Part shown: positions 49,586-57,482 of the stretch, piece by piece
Numbering within the stretch: the first letter of the stretch is position 1
Layout of the letters: each line of letters opens with the position of its first letter
Assembly (NCBI GenBank): GCA_036560085.1
Contig: DATBRX010000131.1
Span: forward strand, 1-57,482
DNA: 57,482 nucleotides
Source of the DNA: Candidatus Limnocylindrales bacterium
Lineage (GTDB): Bacteria; Chloroflexota; Limnocylindria; Limnocylindrales; CSP1-4
Direction of reading: 5' to 3'
Translations under genes and position numbers: made by a program
Notes under the pieces: model-generated
The model's database searches: none
What the model was told of the DNA's origin: nothing
What the model saw: only the letters and a program-made list of their open reading frames with translations

Positions 49586-49780
49586 TCGAACACCCTCCGG
49601 TATTGGATTAGTCCATCAAGAAGGACGCGCCAAAGATGCGCCGCACCGCAGCGCTGCCGAAATGGGACGAGAGTCCAAGCCGGGTAGCCACTAGTCCTGC
49701 CCGGATTCGTGCTCGGTGACCGGTCAGGCGGGGCATCGAGCACGCCCGCAGCGGGGCACCGAGCCGCTCGCAGCGGGGCG

Positions 49781-50896
49781 TCAGCCCGTGGCTGTGCTCA
49801 CCTCGAGCGTCGAACGGTCGCTCGACAGGGTCACCTGCAGCCCCGCAGCATCAGCACGCAGCTGGATGTCGCTCCACGCCCCCTCGGGCAGCCCGGTGGC
49901 ACGCAACGTGTCGTCGCGCTCCTGTTCGCGGATCATCGATGCCAGGGCGGCGGGCAGAGTTCGTTCGTGGCGCGCGGCGGCAACGACGGCGTGGGCCCGG
50001 GTCGCGGCGCTCTGGGTGGCCTGCGCGCTGCTGGCCTGGATCGTGGCGCTGACGCTGCCTGCGGTCCAGTTGAGCTTCACGCTGAGCGCCGCGGGCGCGC
50101 CTGACAGGTAACCGCTCATGGCGTCGTCGATGATCCGGAACAGCGCGCTCTCGAGGTCTGACCTCAGGCGTCGGTCTGCGCCGACCGATTCGAAGCGCAC
50201 CGCGAGGCCCGCGCGCCGGCCGCGCTCCAGGGACGAGCGGCGCAGCGTCGGCACGAGGCCCAGGTCATCGAGCACCATCGGCCGTACGTCGAAGATGAAA
50301 TCCTTGGTCGCGGCGAGCGCGTGCTCGACCATGCGCACGAGCTCGGCCAGCTCAGCCTGGGCCTGCTCGGGCTGGCGCTCGAATAGCCGCTGGACCACGT
50401 GCGCCTGCAGGGCGATGTTAGCGATGCTCTGCGCCGGCCCATCGTGCATCTGGCGCGCTATCTCGCGGCGCAGTTGCTCTTGGGCGGCCAGGTCCTCGCC
50501 CGGGTTCGTATTGGGGGCCGAGGCGGCCACAATGCCGTCCGGGGGGACGGCGCGCATGACGGGCAGTATCTCTGCCAGCCGGTCGCGGAAGCGCTGCAGC
50601 GCGCGTTGCTTGCCGCCGAGCACGTCGAGCTGGGCCTGCATCAGCGTCACCCGTCGCGTCTGGGCCAGGAGCGCCGTCCGTGCCTCTGCCAGCTCCGGCG
50701 CAACAGGCTCGTTGCGCTCGAGCGCGGTGACGCGTTCCTCGGCCTGGATGCGCCGCGCCTCGTGGCGCTCGCTCTCGGTCGCGGTCTGGCGCAGCAGCAT
50801 CTCGATCTCGGCAAGCTCGCGCTCGAGCGTCGCCTGGTCCGCGGCGAGCTCGCCCGCCAGCTGAGGCAGCGTCCTATCCATCGGTCGAATCCACAC
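49781..50896 (-). CDS. DegS-like cytoplasmic histidine-kinase homologue with HisKA_3 H-box but a degenerate ATPase domain
   Basis: N-terminal coiled coil. H-box 'REIARQMHDGPAQSIANIALQ'. No recognisable N-box, G1 (DxGxG) or G2 in the C-terminal half. Confidence 0.65.
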   Translation of the reverse strand: MWIRPMDRTLPQLAGELAADQATLERELAEIEMLLRQTATESERHEARRIQAEERVTALERNEPVAPELAEARTALLAQTRRVTLMQAQLDVLGGKQRALQRFRDRLAEILPVMRAVPPDGIVAASAPNTNPGEDLAAQEQLRREIARQMHDGPAQSIANIALQAHVVQRLFERQPEQAQAELAELVRMVEHALAATKDFIFDVRPMVLDDLGLVPTLRRSSLERGRRAGLAVRFESVGADRRLRSDLESALFRIIDDAMSGYLSGAPAALSVKLNWTAGSVSATIQASSAQATQSAATRAHAVVAAARHERTLPAALASMIREQERDDTLRATGLPEGAWSDIQLRADAAGLQVTLSSDRSTLEVSTATG

Positions 50897-50914
50897 CCGT
50901 ATCCGTGCTCAAGA

Positions 50915-51661
50915 TCAGTCCTCGGGGATCCGGATCCAGCCCTGCTTCATCGCGTAGACCACGGCCTGCGTGCGGTCGTTGACCGACAGCTTGCGCAGGA
51001 TCGAGCTCATGTGGTTCTTCACCGTCTGCTCGGAGATCGTCAGCGCATACGCGACCTGCTTGTTGGTCATGCCCTTGGCGATGTTGTCCAGGATCTCGAC
51101 CTCACGCGGCGAGAGCGGCGCGAAGATGGGAGCTGCTTCCTGGCCGTACACCGCCAGCTCGCGGAACTCCTTCAAGACGCGTGACGCGACCGACGGGCGT
51201 GAAAAGACCTTGTCGTTGATCAGGTACTCGCCGGCGCGAACGCGGCGGATGATGGTGACGAGGTCATCAGGGTTGATGTCCTTGAGGATGAATGCCGCGG
51301 CACCGGCCTTGATGGCCTCGAACAGCTGGTCCTCGTCCTCTGCGACCGCGAGGGCGATGATGCCCGCTGACGGGACCTCGCGCTTGATGCGCTGCGTCGT
51401 CTCGATGCCGCCCGGGGCAGGCAGCGACAGGTCGAGCAAGACAATGTCGGGCGTCATCTCCACCGCCATCGAGAATGCTTCACGCGCGTCCTCGGCCTCG
51501 GCGACGATGTCGAAATCGGGCTCCTTGTCGAGCATCTGGCGCATGCCCATGCGGAACAGGGCGTGGTCGTCGACAAGCAGGATCTTGGTGCGCTGCTCGG
51601 GGTTGCGCCGGTCAGGCCCTCCGCGTCTCCGGTCAGGCCCGCTGTAATCGGCTTCGTTCAC
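50915..51661 (-). CDS. NarL/LuxR-family response regulator
   Basis: REC 'KILLVDDHALFRMG', 'DIVLLDLSLP', 'FILKD'. GerE HTH 'LSPREVEILDNIAKGMTNKQVAYALTISEQTVKNHMSSILRKL'. N-terminal 'GPDRRRGGPDRRN' repeat. Confidence 0.9.
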   Translation of the reverse strand: MNEADYSGPDRRRGGPDRRNPEQRTKILLVDDHALFRMGMRQMLDKEPDFDIVAEAEDAREAFSMAVEMTPDIVLLDLSLPAPGGIETTQRIKREVPSAGIIALAVAEDEDQLFEAIKAGAAAFILKDINPDDLVTIIRRVRAGEYLINDKVFSRPSVASRVLKEFRELAVYGQEAAPIFAPLSPREVEILDNIAKGMTNKQVAYALTISEQTVKNHMSSILRKLSVNDRTQAVVYAMKQGWIRIPED

Positions 51662-52521
51662 TGGTGACTCCTCTCTTGTAGAGCGATGGTGAGCCGCACG
51701 ACCGTGCCGGCGGCATGGTGGGATTTGATGGCCAGGCTCGAGCCGAGCAATTCAGCCCGCTCGCGCATGAAACGCAGTCCGAAGTGGCGGCGGTTGGGAT
51801 TGGCAGTAACCGTCGTGTAGTCGAAGCCGCGGCCGTCGTCACCGACTTCGAGCACCCACGTCGGGCTGCCGTCGGGAGCTACGCCCTCGCTGGTGTGGAT
51901 CCATGCCCGACTGGCTGATGCGTGTTTGGCGATATTGCGCAGGGCCTCCTGGGCGACGCGCAGCACGACAGTGCGCGCGGCGGCATGAAGATAGTTGCCC
52001 GCGGCTTCGAGCCGGAGCTCGATTGGCAGTCCGGAGCGCTGGCTGATTGCCGACGCGCTGTCGCGCAGGGCATCGTCGAGCCCGACGGCCTCGCCGAGCG
52101 ACGGCCGGAGCTGGTTGATGTAGCCACGCAGCGTGTCCAGCTCGCGCTCCAGCAGCGTGCGCAGCGCGGTCAGCTCCGTAACCGCGGCGGCCGGTTCTTC
52201 GCGCAGCGCGCGCTCGACGAGCTGCGTCTGGAAGATGGCGTTGGCAAAGGCCTGCGCCGGACCATCGTGGAGCTCCTCGGCGAGGCGAGAGCGCTCCTGC
52301 TCTTGGGCACCCAGGAGAGCCATCGCGATTCGCGGATCAGCCTCGAGCGGGGTAGCGTCGGCCGCCAGTGCGGACTCCGCCTCCGGCACGGGAGACGCAT
52401 CGGCTTGCACCTGGCGGTTGGCGGCCAAGGTGCCGTTCTCCATCGAATTCGGAGTATAGGTCGCTGGGACGTCCCGACTTGTGGTGCGCGCACGCACCAC
52501 GTCGCGCTCGTTGTCGCTCAT
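51658..52521 (-). CDS. Soluble HisKA_3 histidine kinase without a recognisable sensor domain
   Basis: H-box 'LAEELHDGPAQAFANAI', N-box 'QEALRNIAKHASA', G1 'VGDDGRGFD', G2 'HFGLRFMRERAELLG'. No TM segment. 4-nt overlaps with the upstream GT-C gene and the downstream RR gene. Confidence 0.85.
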   Translation of the reverse strand: MSDNERDVVRARTTSRDVPATYTPNSMENGTLAANRQVQADASPVPEAESALAADATPLEADPRIAMALLGAQEQERSRLAEELHDGPAQAFANAIFQTQLVERALREEPAAAVTELTALRTLLERELDTLRGYINQLRPSLGEAVGLDDALRDSASAISQRSGLPIELRLEAAGNYLHAAARTVVLRVAQEALRNIAKHASASRAWIHTSEGVAPDGSPTWVLEVGDDGRGFDYTTVTANPNRRHFGLRFMRERAELLGSSLAIKSHHAAGTVVRLTIALQERSHQ

Positions 52522-54155
52522 CGACAGGCCTCATTGACCGTGAAGGCGGCACTCTCGGAAGGCATTCCGGGCACCTCCACGAAGCAAGCGGCAGCTTCAG
52601 CGGAGCGCAACACGCCCGGGAAAGCGCCGCGCGGCTCGGTCACGACGACCAGCCCGGCGTTGAAGTCACGCGCCAGCTGCGTGATCGAGCCGACCGCCTC
52701 GTCGGGCAGGGCGAGGGCCGGCCGGCCGGTGGCACTCGACAACCAAATGGGCCGATCGGTGATCACGGGCTCGGCGCCGCCGGGCAAGGCCGCCGCCACG
52801 CTCTGGATGTGAGCGCTATCGGTCAGTGCAGCGTTGGCCGCGCCGACCAGGGCGAGGGACGTGATGGGAATCGTGGCCAGGGCGAGCGCTGCCGGGGCGA
52901 GCCACGAGTTCGAGCGCGGCCAGCTCCGCCAGACGCGGATGCGCGCCACCAAGGCGTCTAGGCCCACGACGGCGGCCACGATCAAGCCGACGTGGAGCGG
53001 CCCGGCGGCGTGCTCGAACGTGCCCCAGAGCGTCGCGACCGGGAAGAGCACGCTCGTTGCGAAGAACGTGATGGCGCCGCTCAACAGCAACATGGCGAGC
53101 GGCCCCTGCCTGGAGAGCGACGTGCGTCCGGCGAGAGCGGCCGCCACGGTCACGAGGCCGATGACCGCCACCGGGCCAGCGCCAACCACGAGCACGTCGA
53201 CTGCGTCGTGCCACAACGCGCCTCCGATGTTGCCCAGGATCGTGAGCAGGCCCTGGGCCAGGAACCCGCTGAGCGTCGGCTGATCGGTGTAGGCGAAGAT
53301 CTGCTCGTTGCGCGTCAGGAAGATGTTGTCGGTCACCTGGCCGGGCAGCGGCGTGCCGAATACGGCAAGGTTGCGCGCCCACCAGGGCAGCGCGACGAGT
53401 GCCGCGATCGCAGCGACCCCCGTCGATGTGGCGAAGGTCCGGGCCACCGACTGACCGGCCAGCAGGCTGCCGACCACGAAGGCGACTCCCAGCCACACCG
53501 CTTCCATCCGCGTCAGGTAGGCGAGACCGAGCGTCACGCCCAGCGCGATGACGTTCTTACGCTCGCCGGCAACGGCGCGTGGGATGAGCAGGCCCGCCGC
53601 GACTCCAAGAACGGCGAAGGGAATGGTCGAGTCAGGCGCGCCCGTTGCGAGCAGCAGCGGCGCCGAGCTGGCGGTCAACAACGCGGCGCCGAGTTCGACG
53701 GTCATGGAACGCCGCTCGTCCAGCTTCAGGGCGCGGGCCGTGTCGCGCGCCACGAGCCAGGCCATCGGCGCGAGCGTGGCGCCCAACAGGACGAAACCCA
53801 TCTGGGCCGCGCTGAACGACGGGCCGAAAAGAGCCAACCCGGCGGCGGCGACGAAGGAGGCCATCGGCTGCCAGAGTTCGAACGCTGGCCGGGGCAGCGT
53901 CAGTGGAGGCGTGGCGTAGCTCCAGATTGCATCGATCACCGGGCCGCGGCCGTTGACCAGGTTGCGCGCCACGTCGACGTAGTAGCTCGTTCCTTCTGAG
54001 AGCGGATCGCGCACGAGCGCGATCACGAGCAGGCCGATGGCCAGCCCGAGAACGTAGAGCGCGGCAAAGGTCGTGGCGCTCGCGACAAGCGGCCGCCGCC
54101 AGACGTGGGCATGGACCGCGCCCATGGTGGGCGCCGTCGCCGTCATTGCTCGCAC
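52518..54155 (-). CDS. GT-C-fold membrane glycosyltransferase-like protein (PMT_2/ArnT-like) with extracytoplasmic C-terminal domain
   Basis: First-loop 'EGTSYYVDVARNLVNGRG', at least 10 hydrophobic segments, soluble Cys-containing tail of about 110 aa. Same architecture as the upstream paralogue. Confidence 0.6.
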   Translation of the reverse strand: MRAMTATAPTMGAVHAHVWRRPLVASATTFAALYVLGLAIGLLVIALVRDPLSEGTSYYVDVARNLVNGRGPVIDAIWSYATPPLTLPRPAFELWQPMASFVAAAGLALFGPSFSAAQMGFVLLGATLAPMAWLVARDTARALKLDERRSMTVELGAALLTASSAPLLLATGAPDSTIPFAVLGVAAGLLIPRAVAGERKNVIALGVTLGLAYLTRMEAVWLGVAFVVGSLLAGQSVARTFATSTGVAAIAALVALPWWARNLAVFGTPLPGQVTDNIFLTRNEQIFAYTDQPTLSGFLAQGLLTILGNIGGALWHDAVDVLVVGAGPVAVIGLVTVAAALAGRTSLSRQGPLAMLLLSGAITFFATSVLFPVATLWGTFEHAAGPLHVGLIVAAVVGLDALVARIRVWRSWPRSNSWLAPAALALATIPITSLALVGAANAALTDSAHIQSVAAALPGGAEPVITDRPIWLSSATGRPALALPDEAVGSITQLARDFNAGLVVVTEPRGAFPGVLRSAEAAACFVEVPGMPSESAAFTVNEACR

Positions 54156-55804
54156 CGCGGATCTTCAGGCGTGAGGCACACCGCGTAGACGGCGCCCGCG
54201 GGACTCGCGACGGTCACCGGGTTGATCGTCGCCACTGGCGCGCTGACGCGCGACGGCACGACGGCGACCGGCGCGGACAACCAGGTCGGATGCACCGTGC
54301 CGTTCAGCACCGGCACCAGGGCGGGAACGATCGAACCCTGCTCGAGCACCAGCCAGCGCACGTCATAGGCGCGCATCGCTGATTCGATGGTCGCCAAATC
54401 ATCGTTCGGCGAGATGACGCCCGGATGGCCGCTCAGGTAGTGATAGGCGCCGCTGTCGCCGGACATGACGCGGTCGCTGTGCGGCGCGACGATCAGCGCC
54501 GCGGCCAGGCGCGACTCGACGTCACGGACCGCGCGCCACTCGCCGATGGTGATCAGGGACTGGCCGACCGCGCCCAAGAAGGCGACGGCGACCGCGCCGT
54601 ATGCGAAGCGCCGCGTCGCCGTGGCCGCATCCCAGGTGGGACGGCGCTCAGCGATCCAGCGCACCGCGCCACCCACGCCGATGACCACGAGCACGAACGT
54701 GTGGGGGAGGAGCGCTACTGCCGAGTGGATGAATGTGCCGTAGGGCACGTGCACAGCGAAGACCAGGCCGCTTGCGGCGAATAGGACGAGCCCGTAGATG
54801 AGCATCGGGACGACGTTGGTGTCGCGCCTTCGTGCCGACGCCCCAATGAGCGCAAACGGCGTCAAGACCACGACGAGCGGCAGGAGCGCGAACTGGCCCA
54901 GCGCGCTCAGCAGCCCGCTCAGCCGCGAAGCGAGGAACGGCCCCCAGCCGTCGGCGAGGAGCGTCGCGGGCGTTGCCGGGGCGGTGACGCTGAACAGCTG
55001 GCCGTAGTCGCTGATCCACAGGATCCGTCCGTTCGCCGCCGATGGCGCGATCGAACCGAAGACCTCGAGCTGGCGATACAGCCACGGCCCGTAGAACAGC
55101 CCGAAGAGCCCGATGCAGCCGATGGCCGCGGACCAGCCGATCACCTGCCCGCGCCCACGGCCACGCACCAGCTCGCGTGCGAACGCGAGCGCGAACGGCA
55201 CTCCGAGCAGCACGCCGTCGTTGCGCGCCAGCGCGGCGAGGCCAACAACGGCGCCACCGAGCACGAACGCGCGGCGATCACCGCGCATACCGCGCGCGCA
55301 CAGCCACAGCGCCAGCGCGCCAAGTGTCATGAAGAGCCCAAAGTTGTCCGGCTGGCCGAAGAACGGCGTCAAGCCGCCCGGTACCGCGGCCAGCAGCCCC
55401 GCGGCCACGGACAGGCGCGTCTCCAGGCCGGCGTCGCGGGCAATGAAGTAGGTCAGTGGCGCCGCCGCCGCCCCAATGAGCCACATCGGCAGCTGGGACG
55501 CCAGCGCTGTGGTGCCAAGCACCCAGATGAAGGGCACCTGGACGAGCACCGCCAGCGGCAGCCAGTGGCCATTGGAGGGGATGGGCAGGGTCGGGTCGGT
55601 CGGTATCTGCCCGCCGACGTCGACGAAATTCCAGATGTAGTCGATCGTCAGGCCATGACCGCCAGCCAGCGACTGGGCGACGCTGTAGTAGTAGTAGGAG
55701 TCGGGGTAGGCGGGACCCGCGAAGGCAGCGCCGACCGCTACCCTGACCAGGAAGGCGGCCGCAAACAGTCCTAGAGCGATCATGACTGCGGTGCACCGTA
55801 GCAA
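54143..55804 (-). CDS. GT-C-fold membrane glycosyltransferase-like protein (PMT_2/ArnT-like), tandem paralogue
   Basis: 'YPDSYYYYSVAQSLAGGHG' first-loop motif, polytopic, C-terminal soluble domain. 13-nt overlap with the next gene. Confidence 0.65.
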   Translation of the reverse strand: MLRCTAVMIALGLFAAAFLVRVAVGAAFAGPAYPDSYYYYSVAQSLAGGHGLTIDYIWNFVDVGGQIPTDPTLPIPSNGHWLPLAVLVQVPFIWVLGTTALASQLPMWLIGAAAAPLTYFIARDAGLETRLSVAAGLLAAVPGGLTPFFGQPDNFGLFMTLGALALWLCARGMRGDRRAFVLGGAVVGLAALARNDGVLLGVPFALAFARELVRGRGRGQVIGWSAAIGCIGLFGLFYGPWLYRQLEVFGSIAPSAANGRILWISDYGQLFSVTAPATPATLLADGWGPFLASRLSGLLSALGQFALLPLVVVLTPFALIGASARRRDTNVVPMLIYGLVLFAASGLVFAVHVPYGTFIHSAVALLPHTFVLVVIGVGGAVRWIAERRPTWDAATATRRFAYGAVAVAFLGAVGQSLITIGEWRAVRDVESRLAAALIVAPHSDRVMSGDSGAYHYLSGHPGVISPNDDLATIESAMRAYDVRWLVLEQGSIVPALVPVLNGTVHPTWLSAPVAVVPSRVSAPVATINPVTVASPAGAVYAVCLTPEDPRCEQ

Positions 55805-55907
55805 CGGACCTAGGGGGCAGGGACCCGTACCAAAGGCCTAGCCGGTACGCCTAACGGGTACGAACGGGCCATCGTTCGCGCTGCGCGCGCGAGGCACATT
55901 TGCGCTC

Positions 55908-56777
55908 GTGACTGCCCTTTTCCGCCAGCCTGCGCAGCGGCGCATCCTCGTGCACGCCGCCGTGGTGATCGGGCTCGTCTTCGCTGCCTACATCTTCTTG
56001 GTCAGCGCGGCGCAGAAGGGCTCGCTTGGCTTCGACATCGTCGCGTACTGGAGCGTCGACCTCGCGCACCCGTACCACGGCAATGTGGGCGACCTGGGGT
56101 TCTTCGCCTACGCGCCGCCGATCGCGCTACTCCTCGCACCGTTCACGGCCCTGCCGTTCCCGATCTTCGTGACGGGCTGGTACGTGCTGCTGCTGACCAC
56201 GCTCGCCTGGCTCGGCAGGCGCCAGATGCTGATCCTGCTCGCCTTTCCACCGGTCGCGCTCGATCTGTACCACGGCAACATCCACCTGCTGCTCGCCGCC
56301 GCGATCGTGCTCGGCATGCGCTACCCGGCCGCGTGGTCGTTCGTGCTGCTGACCAAAGTCACGCCGGGCATCGGGCTGCTGTGGTTTGCCGCGCGGCGCG
56401 AGTGGCGCTCCCTCAGCGTTGCCCTCGCGGCGACCGCGCTGATCGTCGCCGGCACCCTCGTGTTCCTGCCTGCCCAGTGGCTGGGCTGGCTGCAGATGCT
56501 GACCGACAGCGCCGGCACGGCGCCACCCTGGCCGGCGCTGCCCGTTCCGCTGGTGCTGCGCCTGCCCCTCGCGGCACTCATCGTCCTTTGGGGCGCCCGG
56601 CGCGACGCACGCTGGACGGTCCCCATTGCCGCCGCGATCAGCCTGCCCGCGCTGTGGCCGGGCGGCTTCGCCATCCTCGCCGCGTGCTGGCCGCTGCGCT
56701 CGGCTCATTCAGTTCAGGCACGACCCAAAGCCGCGCCCCAAGCAGGATCGATGGATGTCCAGCCAGCCGCGGCCTAG
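55908..56777 (+). CDS. GT87 (DUF2029)-like membrane protein
   Basis: GTG start. 'FDIVAYWSVDLAHPYHG...FFAYAPPIALLLAPF', about 8 hydrophobic segments. Divergent from the GT-C pair. Confidence 0.55.
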   Translation: MTALFRQPAQRRILVHAAVVIGLVFAAYIFLVSAAQKGSLGFDIVAYWSVDLAHPYHGNVGDLGFFAYAPPIALLLAPFTALPFPIFVTGWYVLLLTTLAWLGRRQMLILLAFPPVALDLYHGNIHLLLAAAIVLGMRYPAAWSFVLLTKVTPGIGLLWFAARREWRSLSVALAATALIVAGTLVFLPAQWLGWLQMLTDSAGTAPPWPALPVPLVLRLPLAALIVLWGARRDARWTVPIAAAISLPALWPGGFAILAACWPLRSAHSVQARPKAAPQAGSMDVQPAAA

Positions 56778-57482
56778 CGTCACCCTCGTCCTCCCCGCGT
56801 ACAACGAGGAGGCGCGCATCGGCTCGGCGCTGAACGAGCTGTTCGGCTACCTGCGCAGGGGCGGCCCACCCCGTGAAGGCTCGCGCCCAGCGACCGAGCT
56901 CGGGCTTACCGACATCCTCGTCGTGGACGACGGCTCGACCGACGGCACTGCCCAGATCGTCGCCACGCGGCCCGAGTTCGCCCCCGGCTCAACGCCCCAG
57001 CTGCGCCTGCTCAAACGTTCTCACGAGGGCAAGGGCGCGGCCGTCAGGGCGGGCATGCTCGAGGCAACAGGTGACTTCGTGTGCTTCGCCGACGCGGATT
57101 TCGCGACCCCGCCTGACCAGCTGCCCCTCCTGACCGACGCGCTCACCACCCACGACGTCGCGCTCGGCAGTCGTGTCCAGCCTGACGGAACCGACCGCCG
57201 CCAGAGCCAGCCGTTCCATCGGCGCTTGATCGGGCGGTTCTTCCACTGGCTCGCCGCGGTGTGGGTCACTGGTCCCGTGCCGGACACGCAGTGCGGCTTC
57301 AAGGGCTTCCGGCGCGAGGTCGCGCACGACCTGTTCGGGCAACAGCGCCTAACGAGCATCGTCTTCGACGCCGAGCTCATCCACCTCGCCCGCCGCCGCG
57401 GCTACAGCATCGCCAATGTCCCTGTCCAGTGGAGTGACAAGCGCGGCTCGCGAATGCGCGTTCGCCCCGGCCTCGCGTTGCG
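56755..57482 (+). CDS. Family 2 glycosyltransferase, polyprenyl/dolichyl-phosphate sugar synthase-like (3' end beyond window)
   Basis: Open-ended frame read by hand from ATG 56755. 'VTLVLPAYNEEARIG', 'VVDDGSTDGT', DxD 'FADADFATPP', 'DTQCGFKGFRR'. Overlaps the upstream gene by 23 nt. Confidence 0.85.
   Translation, partial: MSSQPRPSVTLVLPAYNEEARIGSALNELFGYLRRGGPPREGSRPATELGLTDILVVDDGSTDGTAQIVATRPEFAPGSTPQLRLLKRSHEGKGAAVRAGMLEATGDFVCFADADFATPPDQLPLLTDALTTHDVALGSRVQPDGTDRRQSQPFHRRLIGRFFHWLAAVWVTGPVPDTQCGFKGFRREVAHDLFGQQRLTSIVFDAELIHLARRRGYSIANVPVQWSDKRGSRMRVRPGLAL

Noticed and set aside
52992-53999. 335-aa plus-strand ORF and other ORFs opposite the GT-C paralogues
   Set aside because: Arg/Glu/Gly/Asp-rich shadow frames. 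The minus strand encodes membrane proteins with clear TM periodicity.
55805-55907. Short repeated GGTACG/CGTACC and CCTAG words in the divergent GT-C/GT87 spacer
   Set aside because: The arms are only 5-6 bp and imperfect, which is insufficient to call an operator without conservation data.

Overview
GC-rich (about two-thirds G+C by eye), almost gap-free bacterial chromosomal window with no rRNA, tRNA, CRISPR or mobile-element genes that I could find. Most long antisense or alternate-frame ORFs in the track are GC-driven shadow ORFs. The left 13 kb is all minus strand: secA (5' part), a methyltransferase/GT2 pair divergent from a GT-C membrane protein, then a translationally coupled string parA-parB-gyrB-(AlkD-like HEAT protein)-gyrA-prs. 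Two parS palindromes lie in the divergent intergenic region at 13.1 kb. The segment 13.3-38.4 kb is plus-strand housekeeping: mreD-mrdA-rodA, rplU-rpmA-rpmE, DUF1385-prfA-(glycogen debranching-type enzyme)-prmC-tsaC-glyA-wecA-like, the full atpZBEFHAGDC operon, murA, mreB and a PHP/UPF0104 pair. This order matches the conserved Bacillus/Mycobacterium/Streptomyces arrangement, so the organism is probably a monoderm-type Terrabacteria lineage (Actinomycetota- or Chloroflexota-like; lineage not determinable here). The segment 38.4-57.5 kb is more accessory: an XRE regulator, nfo, ArsR-DUF2087, comF-like and GT87 genes, then a 13-kb co-directional minus-strand cluster. That cluster is the best candidate for an undescribed system. 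It runs: two tandem GT-C glycosyltransferases, an input-less HisKA_3 kinase, a NarL-type regulator, a kinase-like protein with a degenerate ATPase domain, three divergent Flp pilin genes (too short for the ORF track), then cpaB, REC-cpaE, cpaF, tadB, tadC and a DUF192 gene. It contains no secretin, pseudopilins or prepilin peptidase. A GT87-like gene and a GT2 polyprenyl-phosphate-sugar synthase-like gene sit divergently next to it. All family assignments rest on motif recognition by eye; no searches were run.
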